DNA from: an uncultured archaeon
Lineage (GTDB): Archaea; Asgardarchaeota; Lokiarchaeia; Sigyniarchaeales; Promethearchaeaceae
Reading direction: 5' to 3'
Length of the DNA: 32,000 nucleotides
Assembly (NCBI GenBank): GCA_964426185.1
Contig: CAYRPF010000006.1
Location: forward strand, 42,711-74,710
Under the pieces are notes generated by a model. The model was not told where the DNA came from. It was given only the letters and a program-made list of their open reading frames with translations, and did not search any database. Both the position numbers and the translations under genes were made by a program. Shown one piece after another: positions 16,887 to 26,866 of the stretch. The stretch's first letter is position 1. Every line of letters begins with the position of its first letter.

Positions 16887-19490
16887 ATGGTTCAATCAAT
16901 ACCACCCAAAAATAACGACATTTTATTTTCATTGCAGAAAATATTCCCCCGACATGTAAAAAATGCAAGGGGATCACTGAAACCCTTTAATCCCGATAAA
17001 ATGGTTGAAAGCTTAAATAAAGAAACAGGATTAGATTGGAATGAATGCATCGAAGTGGTCAAAGATTCACTCAAAAGAATTACAATTTTAGGACTGGTTA
17101 CCATCCAAACTTCCATGATTCGTGAAATTATGTGTTTAGACTTGTTAGCTCGAGGCCATGAACGAGAGCGTAATATTTATGCCAAACTGATTAATCGGAG
17201 TGTCATCAAATTTCAGTTAGATCCTAAATTTATGGAAAAATACAAAGGAAAACAACCAGAGTGGGGTCCTTTAGGCTATATTACCTACAAACGGACTTAT
17301 GCACGTTATATTGTAGCTGAAAACCGCACCGAGGAATTCTATGAAACTGTTCAGCGTGTAGTCGAAGGTGTTTATAGCATTCAGAAAGAACATTGTTACA
17401 ATTTAGGTCTACCTTGGGATCCAGAAAAAGCTCAGAAATCTGCTCAGCGCATGTTTGAAAAGATATGGAATTTTCGATTTTTACCTCCAGGTCGAGGTTT
17501 ATGGATGATGGGTACCGAATTCATTGATAAACATGGTTCCATGGCTTTAAATAACTGCGGTTTTGTATCCACGGAAGATATTGTTATTAAAAAGACCAAA
17601 GCTTTCGAATGGTTGATGGATGCACTGATGCTGGGTGTGGGGGTAGGATTTGACACTAAGGGTGCTGGAAAACTCGTGATCCAAAATCCTAAGAATGAGA
17701 CATTTTTATTTGAGGTCCCAGATAGTCGAGAAGGTTGGGTTCAAGCCCTTAGACATTTATTAACCGCTTATTTTGAGGGTGAAGCAATGCCAATTTTCGA
17801 CTTTTCCAAAGTCCGTCCAGCTGGTACTCCTATCCGTGGATTCGGAGGTGTAGCTTCTGGACCTGAACCATTGAAGGAAATGCTGGATAGTCAAAAAGAA
17901 TTATTAGATAAACGTATTGGAAAAACTCTTTCATCTGTAGATATAGTAGATATGATGAATTTAATCGGAAAATGTGTGGTGGCTGGAAATGTGCGCAGAT
18001 CTGCAGAAATTGCCTTAGGAGAAATTGATGATGAAGAGTATATCAGTTGCAAACAGGATCAAAAAGCTTTATATCATCACCGATGGGCTTCTAACAACAG
18101 TATCATCGGCCGTAAGGGAATGAATTACGATAAAATTATTGATTCTATAGCAAAAAATGGAGAACCTGGAATTATTTGGTTGGAAAACTCACAAGCATTC
18201 AGTAGAATGGGAAGAGCTCCTGATTATAAAGATAAAAAAGCTGTTGGTGTGAACCCATGTGGAGAACAGACTTTGGAATCATTTGAACTTTGCTGCTTAG
18301 TTGAAACATTTCCTTCTTTGCATGAATCCTATGAAGAATTTGAAGAAACATTAAAATATGCCTATCTTTATGCAAAATCCGTAACCTTAGTTAATGTACA
18401 CTGGAATGAGACTAATGCGGTAATGGGAAAAAACAGAAGGATTGGAACCAGTCAAACTGGAATTATTGACGCATTCGCTCGTCATGGCCGTCGTACTATC
18501 TTGGAGTGGTCGGATAAGGGTTATCAATTTTTACGTAAATTGGATGAGCAATATTCAGATTTCTTCTGCGTGCCTCAATCGATCAAAATTACAACGGTAA
18601 AACCAAGTGGCACTGTTAGTTTACTGCCCGGTGTGGCACCTGGGATTCATTACCCTCATTCTGAGTACTATATCCGCCGTATTCGGATTTCTAAAGAGTC
18701 TACTTTGATAGACCTTTTAAGAGAAGCGAATTATCACATAGAACCCGATGCATATTCAGATAATAGTTTTGTTGTTGAATTTCCAATTCATGAGAAGAAT
18801 TTTCTTCGAGCAAAAAAGGATGTTTCAATTTGGGAGCAATTGGCTAATGCCATAGATTATCAACATTATTGGAGCGATAATCAAGTTTCTATTACCGTTA
18901 CATTCAAAAAAGAAGAAGTCAAAGATCTCAAATATGCCTTACAATTCGTGGAAGATAAAGTAAAAGGATTAAGCTTGCTTCCACTCACTGATTCGGGTTA
19001 TAAACAAATGCCATATGAGGAGATTACTAAAGAAGAATTTGAAAAGCGAGTTGCAAAAATAAAACCCATTAAAACATGGATTACTCATGAAAAGTCCGTT
19101 GGAACAATTTATTGCGATGGCGACAGCTGCCATCAAGTAGACGAAGCAGCAGTTCTCCGAGAAATGGAGAACCTTTTAAATGAACGAATTCCTGCGGTAG
19201 AAAATATTTCTTCCGAATCTTTTGGATTTAATGTAAAAAATGGAGTAATTCTTGAAGTTGGGCTCTACAATAAACACCTTAAAGCATTACCAAGTAATTT
19301 TTCTCATTTGGTTAATTTAAGGAGGTTAAATTTGAAAAATTGCGGATTAACTCGACTTCCGGATGGAATTGTCGAATTCCGTGATTTAGATTTTCTTGAT
19401 CTTACTGGTAATTCGTTTGCTTCATTAACACAAGAACAGCAACAATGGTTGGATAATTTACAAAGAAATGGTTGTAAAATACTCATGTAA
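16887..19490 (+). CDS. nrdJ: Class II (adenosylcobalamin-dependent) ribonucleoside-triphosphate reductase with N-terminal ATP-cone and C-terminal leucine-rich-repeat extension
   Basis: YKRTYAR, FLPPGRGLW, LNNCGF, VVAGNVRRSAEI, NPCGEQ (thiyl Cys), LCCLVE, NRRIG, TTVKPSGTVSLL, QVSITV, YCDGDSC tail. ATP-cone at the N-terminus and LxxLxLxxNxL repeats at the C-terminus. Strong SD AAGGAGG. Confidence 0.93.
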   Translation: MVQSIPPKNNDILFSLQKIFPRHVKNARGSLKPFNPDKMVESLNKETGLDWNECIEVVKDSLKRITILGLVTIQTSMIREIMCLDLLARGHERERNIYAKLINRSVIKFQLDPKFMEKYKGKQPEWGPLGYITYKRTYARYIVAENRTEEFYETVQRVVEGVYSIQKEHCYNLGLPWDPEKAQKSAQRMFEKIWNFRFLPPGRGLWMMGTEFIDKHGSMALNNCGFVSTEDIVIKKTKAFEWLMDALMLGVGVGFDTKGAGKLVIQNPKNETFLFEVPDSREGWVQALRHLLTAYFEGEAMPIFDFSKVRPAGTPIRGFGGVASGPEPLKEMLDSQKELLDKRIGKTLSSVDIVDMMNLIGKCVVAGNVRRSAEIALGEIDDEEYISCKQDQKALYHHRWASNNSIIGRKGMNYDKIIDSIAKNGEPGIIWLENSQAFSRMGRAPDYKDKKAVGVNPCGEQTLESFELCCLVETFPSLHESYEEFEETLKYAYLYAKSVTLVNVHWNETNAVMGKNRRIGTSQTGIIDAFARHGRRTILEWSDKGYQFLRKLDEQYSDFFCVPQSIKITTVKPSGTVSLLPGVAPGIHYPHSEYYIRRIRISKESTLIDLLREANYHIEPDAYSDNSFVVEFPIHEKNFLRAKKDVSIWEQLANAIDYQHYWSDNQVSITVTFKKEEVKDLKYALQFVEDKVKGLSLLPLTDSGYKQMPYEEITKEEFEKRVAKIKPIKTWITHEKSVGTIYCDGDSCHQVDEAAVLREMENLLNERIPAVENISSESFGFNVKNGVILEVGLYNKHLKALPSNFSHLVNLRRLNLKNCGLTRLPDGIVEFRDLDFLDLTGNSFASLTQEQQQWLDNLQRNGCKILM

Positions 19491-19506
19491 TAGATTTAAA
19501 TCTATT
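19489..19506. repeat. Perfect 18-bp palindrome at the nrdJ stop codon
   Basis: AATAGATTTAAATCTATT equals its own reverse complement and is followed by T-rich tracts (possible terminator). Confidence 0.6.
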
Positions 19507-19847
19507 GTTTTCATATTTTTTATTTATTAACACCATCATTTTTAAATGAGAGAAGGATGGAATCTGGGATTTTCTGAATTTAACATTTTTCTTTATCTTT
19601 GCTTTTTAATATGTAAGTTCACTGTTATTAATTAGAAGAAGCCGAGTGATTAATCCAGTATCCATAATCAACACTGATATCCCAGGAAAGTGATACCAAT
19701 TGATTAATAAAAACCGGACTAAAACTGGGAATTTGTTACCCCAATTACTCTCGTTTACTTCCTTAATTATTCATCACATATCTCACAAACAACCAAAATT
19801 AAAAGAAATCCCCAAATTTCAACCCCAAACCTAAAACCCCACAAAAT

Positions 19848-19890
19848 GCGTGTCAACGCGCCCCCCTCCCCTTTTAGGAGGGGGGTTAAC
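19848..19890. mobile_element. GC-rich hairpin resembling an IS200/IS605-family subterminal end (orphan remnant)
   Basis: CCCCCCTCC (19861-19869) pairs with GGAGGGGGG (19877-19885) around a CCTTTTA loop, flanked by GTCAAC and GTTAAC. No transposase ORF nearby. Confidence 0.4.
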
Positions 19891-20079
19891 TACTTTTCTG
19901 AGATTATTTTCATTTATCTTATTCCATCCTTTGTGTGCTCATTAAAATAAAAATATAGTAAAATATTATTACAAATTTAATGACAACTTTAAGTTAACTT
20001 TAAATATGAATGATGCTTTATATAGATTAGAGAAATAATTTGCCAATTATAGATAAAAAATTGAAACAGGTGAAATATA

Positions 20080-22665
20080 ATGGAACTAAACAGATTTACA
20101 ATCAAATTACAAGAAGCTTTAATGAAAGCAAAATCATTAGCCGAATCAAATCATAATCAACAGATAGAAATAGAGCATATATTTAAAGCATTATTAATGG
20201 ATCCAAACGAAATTGGATCAGTAATTTTACAAAAACTTGGAATCAATCCTCAACAGATAAGAAAAAGTATTGATGATGAAATATCACGCATTCCCCAAGT
20301 TACAGGAACTACAAGCGAGGTTTATCTATCACGTGATTTGAGCAATTTAATCAATGATGCAATGTCGGAAATGGATAATCTCGGTGATCAATATCTAAGC
20401 GGTGAACACATCTTTTTAGCGTTGGTTAAAGATAAAGATTATCACTTGTCAGGATTATTTAAACAAAATGGTTTAACTTATGAAAGAATATTACAAGCAC
20501 TTTCTGAAATTCGAGGGAATACTAGTATTGATTCTCAAAACCCAGAAGGAACTTACAATGTTTTAGCAAAATACACTAAAAATCTCAATGATCTGGCTAG
20601 ACAAGGAAAATTAGATCCTGTAATAGGACGTGATGAAGAAATTCGGCGTGTAATCACCATTCTCTCACGACGAACGAAGAACAATCCCGTACTTATAGGA
20701 GATGCAGGAACCGGAAAAACTGCAATTGTGGAAGGTATCGCACAACGTATTCATAATGGTGATGTTCCGAATTCTTTGAAAGATAAGGTTGTTATTGCAC
20801 TAGACTTAGGACAGTTAGTAGCTGGCGCAAAATATCGCGGTGAATTCGAAGAACGACTAAAGGCTGTACTAAAAGAAATCACAAAAAACAATGGAAAATA
20901 TATCCTTTTCATTGATGAATTACATACTCTCGTGGGGGCTGGCGCTGCCGAAGGAGCGATGGATGCTTCTAATATGCTAAAACCGGCCTTGGCACGAGGA
21001 GAATTAAGATGTATTGGTGCTACCACTGTAAAGGAATATCGTAAGTATATTGAAAAGGATACTGCTTTAACTCGACGATTTCAACCAGTTTTCGTAAGCG
21101 AACCCTCTGTCGAGCAAACCATTACAATCTTACGTGGGTTAAAGGAGAAATATGAAGTTCATCACGGAATTCACATTAAAGATGAAGCACTTATTGCCGC
21201 TGCCACTTTGTCTCACCGGTACATTACAGATCGCTTCTTACCCGATAAGGCTATTGACTTAATCGATGAAGCAGCTTCTCGTCTTCGAATTGAATTGGAT
21301 TCCATGCCGTTAGAGATGGATAATATTCATCGACAGATCATCCAATTAGAGATTGAAAAAGAAGCATTAAAAAAGGAAACTGATGAAGCAGGCCAAAAAC
21401 AAAGACAAGCTTGTGAAGATAAAATTAAAGAACTTAAACAACACTATGAGATGCTGAAGAAGCAATGGGAAGAAGAGAAAAAAATTATAGATGCGATTTC
21501 TACTATCAATAAACGGATAGAAGAATCTAAGATAGAAGAAGAACGAGCCACTCGGGAAGGTGATTTAGAAAAAGCTGCCAAATTTCGATATGGTGTCCGG
21601 TTAGAACTGCAAAAAGAAAAGGAAAGGTTAACTCAAAAATTAAATGAACTCTCCAAAGAAAAGCGCATGCTCCGTCAAGAAGTTACTGCAGAGGACATTG
21701 CTCAGATAATCTCCCAGTGGACAAATATTCCCATATCTCGATTATTGGAAGGTGAAAGAACCAAACTGCTTCAAATGGAAGATCGCCTAAGAAAAAGGGT
21801 TGTGGGACAAGATAACGCAATTTCAGCTTTAGCAAGCGCCATTCGACGAGCTCGCTCTGGAATTCAAGATCCCAATCGTCCAATTGGTTCATTCATCTTT
21901 TTAGGACCAACCGGTGTGGGAAAAACAGAAACCGCGAAGGCTTTAGCAGAGTTTCTGTTCGATAGCGAAGATGCATTAATTCGGATCGATATGTCAGAAT
22001 ACATGGAGAAACACAGTGTGTCGCGCTTAATTGGGGCACCTCCAGGTTATGTAGGATATGATGAAGGTGGGCAGCTTACTGAGGCAGTACGTAGACGACC
22101 ATATTCCGTAATTCTATTCGATGAAATCGAGAAGGCTCATTTAGAAGTTTTCAATGTTTTGCTCCAAGTTTTGGATGATGGAAGGTTAACCGATGGAAAA
22201 GGCCGAACAGTGGACTTCAAGAATACGGTATTAATCATGACTAGCAATATCGGTAGCACTTTAATTGCCGAAAAGAGCAAATCTGGAACAAAGTTAACTC
22301 AAGAAGAGATTCATGATTTGTTAAAGCAGTATTTCAGACCAGAATTTCTCAACCGAGTAGACGATATAGTTACATTTAATTCCTTGACACCAGAGCATAT
22401 AAAGGTGATTGTTGAAATTCAAATAAGCGAATTGAATAAAATATTGAGCAACCGTTCTATCACAGTCAAATTGACTCCGAAAGCTGAAGAGAAACTTGCA
22501 GAGATTGGATTTGATCCTGAATATGGAGCAAGACCATTAAAACGTACCATTCAACGATATATTCAAGATCCTTTGGCTGTGGCTATTTTAGAAGGACGGG
22601 TGCAAGAAGGACAAGAAATTTTGGTTGAAGTTGACAAGCACGGCGAATTTCAAATAGCCAGTTAA
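20080..22665 (+). CDS. clpB: ATP-dependent disaggregase ClpB
   Basis: Clp N-domain. [38 protein letters not shown], coiled-coil middle domain, [54 protein letters not shown]. Confidence 0.97.
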   Translation: MELNRFTIKLQEALMKAKSLAESNHNQQIEIEHIFKALLMDPNEIGSVILQKLGINPQQIRKSIDDEISRIPQVTGTTSEVYLSRDLSNLINDAMSEMDNLGDQYLSGEHIFLALVKDKDYHLSGLFKQNGLTYERILQALSEIRGNTSIDSQNPEGTYNVLAKYTKNLNDLARQGKLDPVIGRDEEIRRVITILSRRTKNNPVLIGDAGTGKTAIVEGIAQRIHNGDVPNSLKDKVVIALDLGQLVAGAKYRGEFEERLKAVLKEITKNNGKYILFIDELHTLVGAGAAEGAMDASNMLKPALARGELRCIGATTVKEYRKYIEKDTALTRRFQPVFVSEPSVEQTITILRGLKEKYEVHHGIHIKDEALIAAATLSHRYITDRFLPDKAIDLIDEAASRLRIELDSMPLEMDNIHRQIIQLEIEKEALKKETDEAGQKQRQACEDKIKELKQHYEMLKKQWEEEKKIIDAISTINKRIEESKIEEERATREGDLEKAAKFRYGVRLELQKEKERLTQKLNELSKEKRMLRQEVTAEDIAQIISQWTNIPISRLLEGERTKLLQMEDRLRKRVVGQDNAISALASAIRRARSGIQDPNRPIGSFIFLGPTGVGKTETAKALAEFLFDSEDALIRIDMSEYMEKHSVSRLIGAPPGYVGYDEGGQLTEAVRRRPYSVILFDEIEKAHLEVFNVLLQVLDDGRLTDGKGRTVDFKNTVLIMTSNIGSTLIAEKSKSGTKLTQEEIHDLLKQYFRPEFLNRVDDIVTFNSLTPEHIKVIVEIQISELNKILSNRSITVKLTPKAEEKLAEIGFDPEYGARPLKRTIQRYIQDPLAVAILEGRVQEGQEILVEVDKHGEFQIAS

Positions 22666-22928
22666 AAAATTGAAAGTTTACAGAACAAATCCTTCTTCTC
22701 TTCTTTCTGGGAAAGCACTTTTTTTCTCATTTTTTTAATTTGTTATCAGAATGGTTGTTGAACTCCCATCATCTTTTGAACCTGATAACTTTCCTTATTT
22801 TCATAGTGATTCTTGCAGCTTTTAGCCAAATCGATCAAATTTTGCAAGTTCCAACAATGACGCCGGCTGAATATCTAGCATTTCATCCTTGGTTAGCCAT
22901 CAAGGTGGATGAATTAGAATCTATTCGC

Positions 22929-24089
22929 CTAATTGGGATCTTGAGATAGGATCTCTCGTGATAGGGGTAAAAATTCTTGTTTTCGTGCATTGTGATCTTT
23001 AATGTGCCCTAGAATAATTTCTACGGCTTCTTTTTTGCACTTACCACAAAGCATCCCACCTCGGCATCGTTGATATCTATCTTGGAGCTTTGCATCATCT
23101 TTTTGGAAATGTATCTCCAATAATTTATACACCATACACTTTTCGGGAATACCACCCAGTTTTTCTTGCTCTTCCTTATTTTTACGACCTCCCGTGTAAG
23201 CACCCATAATTTTCTTTCGAATTGATTTAGGGTCATCTCCTAAATTAAAATAACTATTTGGGCGGGATTTACTCATTTTTTTATTTATATCGTCCAATCC
23301 AGGAAGTAATTTATGATAAGTGGCTGAGGGTTTGAAAAAAGGTCTTTTCTCTTCTTTTCTCGTTTCAGGATTGATTTCTAAACGACTAAAATACTTGGTT
23401 AAATCTCGGACTAACCGTAAATGGGGATCTTGATCAATACCCACTGGAACTACAGTAGGTTGAATGGCATCACGCAATTGAGGCATGAAAATATCCCCCA
23501 CCTGCACTAACGCGGCCATGTAAAGTGCAAAATCTCGTTCTCCATAAATTGCGCGCATCATATTATTAGTCACGTATCGACCTGCCCTAAACGGCATTTC
23601 CTTAACTCGAGGTTCTCGAGATTGAAGCCAAATATATGCCCGCTTTGGATCTAATCCCAATGTAAGAACGTCTGCTAAATTATCCACTGCGTATTCAAAG
23701 CTTTTCTTATACGGCATACCATTATCTACGAAAGATTCAATATCTGCAATAGCATAATAAACAAATCCCCCCATTTTCTGAAATTCTACAATTTCTGAAG
23801 CGGTGGTTAAGGTCCCCAAATGAAAATGGCCACTTGGTTTTATTCCACTCATGACAGCCCAAGGTTTCTGATGTTGTATTGCTTGAACAATTTGATTAAA
23901 ATCTCTATGACCGTAAATGATTTTTCTTCTTAGAAAACGGTTTTTTTCAAACATTGAATAAGGTATTTCAAGATCTTGAATTAACTGAATTCCAAATTCT
24001 TCGGTTAATCGAACGTAATCTTCCTCAGATAACAAACCTTGTCCCCACGGATCTACTTGTGGAACTTCTTCACTGGGATTTTTACTCAT
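22929..24089 (-). CDS. trpS: Tryptophan--tRNA ligase (archaeal type)
   Basis: VDPWG, FLRRKIIYGHRD, GIKPSGHFHLG (HIGH), VPVGIDQDPH, KMSKS, TGGR...GG. Probable start MSKNP at 24089; the ORF track extends to 24170. Confidence 0.95.
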   Translation of the reverse strand: MSKNPSEEVPQVDPWGQGLLSEEDYVRLTEEFGIQLIQDLEIPYSMFEKNRFLRRKIIYGHRDFNQIVQAIQHQKPWAVMSGIKPSGHFHLGTLTTASEIVEFQKMGGFVYYAIADIESFVDNGMPYKKSFEYAVDNLADVLTLGLDPKRAYIWLQSREPRVKEMPFRAGRYVTNNMMRAIYGERDFALYMAALVQVGDIFMPQLRDAIQPTVVPVGIDQDPHLRLVRDLTKYFSRLEINPETRKEEKRPFFKPSATYHKLLPGLDDINKKMSKSRPNSYFNLGDDPKSIRKKIMGAYTGGRKNKEEQEKLGGIPEKCMVYKLLEIHFQKDDAKLQDRYQRCRGGMLCGKCKKEAVEIILGHIKDHNARKQEFLPLSREILSQDPN

Positions 24090-24365
24090 CAAGAAAAGCA
24101 ACTTGTTATTCCATTTGAGCTTTTTGAATAATCCACCTACTCGCACTGCTAGCAACAAATAAAAGTACATGAATTATTTTACGCATGAATACGTAGTAAG
24201 AAAATAAACATGCAAATCTGCAAAGAATATTCGTTCAATACCGATACTTTGAACTGCTGTTCAATTGCTGTATGACAAAAATTTTATAATATCACGAATT
24301 TTGCTTCGTAATCTATCAAAGAAGATCTTCAATTGTTGAAGATACATCGTTTAAGGTTAATCATC

Positions 24366-25841
24366 ATGGCTGGACGTTTTCTCAAACTCTTCTCACCTTT
24401 CATTCGTATAACACCTGAAATTAAACAGCCCGATAGGGAAATTTCATTCAAGGATAAATTGATTTACACCTTCATTGTGCTGCTCATCTATACCATTATG
24501 TCAAATGTTCCAATATTTGGCGTGCTAGAAAGTGTAAGCGCTGATTATTACTATTGGCTACGAGTTATTTTAGCCAGTAACCGTGGAACTCTCACCGAAC
24601 TAGGTATTGGTCCAATAGTAACTGCTGGATTGATTTTACAATTATTACAAGGTAGTAAATTAATTGAAGTGAATATGTCAAATCCTGAAGATCGAGCGCT
24701 CTTTACAGGAGCACAAAAAGTGATTACGGTGGTCCTTACCATCTTACAGATTATTGCCTACATTTTCGGAGATGCATTCGGGGATTCTTCAGAGCTTGGC
24801 GCTGCTAACATTATTTTGATCTTTCTACAATTGCTCTTTGCAGGAATTTTAATCATGATGATGGATGAAGTCTTGCAAAAAGGTTATGGATTAGGCTCTG
24901 GGGTTTCTTTATTCATTGCCAGCGGTGTGGCGGGTCAAATTTTCTGGAATTCGTTTAGCTTTTTCAGTGATCGTTCACAAGATGGATTACCGACTGGAAT
25001 TATTATTGCCTTCTTTTCAGTTTTATTTAAATCAAATACTGACGTGCAATTAAAAGATCTTTGGATTCGTACCCAAGGCGATCCGGGATTGCTGGGATTG
25101 ATCACCACGTTGATCATTTTCTTCGTGGTAATTTATGTTGAAACAATGAGAGTTGAGATCCCGCTGACATATGCGGGATATAAGGGTTATCGTGGCAAGT
25201 ATCCCATGAAATTGCTTTATGTATCAAATATCCCTGTAATTCTGGCCCAAGCACTCTATGCAAACTTGCTGTTCTTTGGACAGCTACTTTGGAAGTGGAG
25301 TGATCGGACTGGAAAACTTTCTTGGTGGGTCAATTGGTTCGGAGTATTTGAACAGCCGGAAGGGGCACAGTATTATCAACCTGTAAAAGGATTGCTTAAG
25401 TATATCACAGCCCCTCAAGGATTGGGGCAATTAATTAATGCTTTCCAAGAAGGAAACGGAGGAAGTATGATCCTTCAATCCCTCATTTACATGGTCATAT
25501 TCATCACCATATGTATTGTTTTCGGCCAGATTTGGGTAGAAGTGTCGGGATTAGCCCCTCGGGATATTGCTGGGCAGATTTTAGGTTCACGTATGCAAGT
25601 TCCAGGATTCCGTCGAAATGAAAAAGTTATTGAGAAAATTTTGAAGCGATACATTGGACCGCTCACAATATTATGTGGATTTATAGTAGGTATGCTTAGT
25701 TTTCTTGCAGATTTTCTAGGAGCATTAAGTTCTGGAACGGGGCTACTTCTTACCGTTGGTATCATTCAAAATTACGCTGAGACTATTTCACAAGAAGCTG
25801 CTAAAGAACAATTCCCTGGAATGGGAGCTCTCTTAGGTTAA
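24366..25841 (+). CDS. secY: Protein translocase SecY/Sec61-alpha
   Basis: LASNRGTLTELGIGPIVTAGLILQLLQG, DRALFTGAQK, KGYGLGSGVSLFIA, YPMKLLYVSNIPVIL, WVEVSG, PGFRR, SGTGLLLTVGII. Probable ATG at 24366. Confidence 0.97.
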   Translation: MAGRFLKLFSPFIRITPEIKQPDREISFKDKLIYTFIVLLIYTIMSNVPIFGVLESVSADYYYWLRVILASNRGTLTELGIGPIVTAGLILQLLQGSKLIEVNMSNPEDRALFTGAQKVITVVLTILQIIAYIFGDAFGDSSELGAANIILIFLQLLFAGILIMMMDEVLQKGYGLGSGVSLFIASGVAGQIFWNSFSFFSDRSQDGLPTGIIIAFFSVLFKSNTDVQLKDLWIRTQGDPGLLGLITTLIIFFVVIYVETMRVEIPLTYAGYKGYRGKYPMKLLYVSNIPVILAQALYANLLFFGQLLWKWSDRTGKLSWWVNWFGVFEQPEGAQYYQPVKGLLKYITAPQGLGQLINAFQEGNGGSMILQSLIYMVIFITICIVFGQIWVEVSGLAPRDIAGQILGSRMQVPGFRRNEKVIEKILKRYIGPLTILCGFIVGMLSFLADFLGALSSGTGLLLTVGIIQNYAETISQEAAKEQFPGMGALLG

Positions 25842-25950
25842 ATACCCTTCTTTAATTTCATTCTCTTTTTTAATACTATTATTATCATTCGCTTATTATA
25901 GTAAAATTTTTTTGAAAAATTTTTTTACACGGCAAATCTTGATAAAATTA

Positions 25951-26619
25951 ATGTTGTTTTATCTATTCGCATGGGCAGACTTTATTAAACTGGTTTCTCG
26001 TCCACCTCATTCATTATGGTTTATTTTTCTCATATGTTTACTAGTTTCTTTTATATCCACTTTCCTAAATAAAAAACTGGTTGACCACGATAAGGCGCGC
26101 CGTATTCAAGAAGTGGTGTCCGAACATAATGCCAAAAAAAAGGAACTTCTTGAACTATCAAAAACAAATCCTAAGCGATATGCCAAGGAATACGGAAAAT
26201 GGCAAAGGAGGGATGCTAGCGTTCAAAAAATGCAACAATCTATGCAAATGCAACGGTTAAAGCCAACTTGTGTCACACTTATCCCATTCATGCTATTTTT
26301 CTTTGTAATTCGCAATATTTATACTCCAGATTGGTCTTCTATCCAACTTCCCGTAGCAAGACCACCAATTAACCCAATGGATGATTTTCCTGCTTTTATA
26401 GTAACTATGATGAGATCACAGCTTTTTTCTGCGGTGGGAAATCTTTCTGTAGAAGCGGGTTTTTTGGGTTATACGGGTTATTATATGTTATGTTCATTTA
26501 CTATGAGCACGGTATTACAGAAATTATTTGGTGTGTCCCAATCAACCCAAAGTCAAGCAGGCTCTATGTTTGATACTTCTTCTCAGATAGATTTGCCAAA
26601 ACCGAGTGATCTTTTGTAG
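25951..26619 (+). CDS. DUF106 / EMC3-TMCO1-Get1 (Oxa1 superfamily) membrane insertase
   Basis: TM1, then a cytosolic coiled coil (KKLVDHDK...QKMQQSMQMQRLKP), TM2 (TLIPFMLFF) and TM3 (GYYMLCSFTMSTVLQKLFG). Lies downstream of secY. Start uncertain (25912 TTG or 25951 ATG). Confidence 0.85.
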   Translation: MLFYLFAWADFIKLVSRPPHSLWFIFLICLLVSFISTFLNKKLVDHDKARRIQEVVSEHNAKKKELLELSKTNPKRYAKEYGKWQRRDASVQKMQQSMQMQRLKPTCVTLIPFMLFFFVIRNIYTPDWSSIQLPVARPPINPMDDFPAFIVTMMRSQLFSAVGNLSVEAGFLGYTGYYMLCSFTMSTVLQKLFGVSQSTQSQAGSMFDTSSQIDLPKPSDLL

Positions 26620-26866
26620 GAATTCCCTATTTTTCTTTTCATCTTCTTTCTTATTATGAACATACAATTTATCAGACGACGGCATTGCACTCTAAAACAA
26701 TAATATATAGCACTAACGAGTTAGTGATATTGTTTTTATATGCTTATATTGTATTCGGGGGCATCTCATTAATCGAATCAAAGGTATGTATGTGGAGTTG
26801 CGATTTTAGATGTTTCTATTTGTTGGGAAAAAAATTATAAATGGTTTCTTGTGTTAGTTATGTGCA

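Noticed and set aside
16887-19490. Intein in nrdJ
   Set aside because: The core motifs are contiguous with no intein-like insertion; the extra length is explained by the ATP-cone and the LRR tail.
22740-22949. 69-aa plus-strand ORF with one hydrophobic stretch
   Set aside because: TTG start directly after T-rich terminator-like tracts, no SD, overlaps the trpS 3' end, no family features. Cannot be excluded but is unsupported.
26684-26730. CIRCE (HrcA) operator
   Set aside because: Only half-site resemblance (TAGCACT, TTGCACTC); spacing and second arm do not fit TTAGCACTC-N9-GAGTGCTAA.
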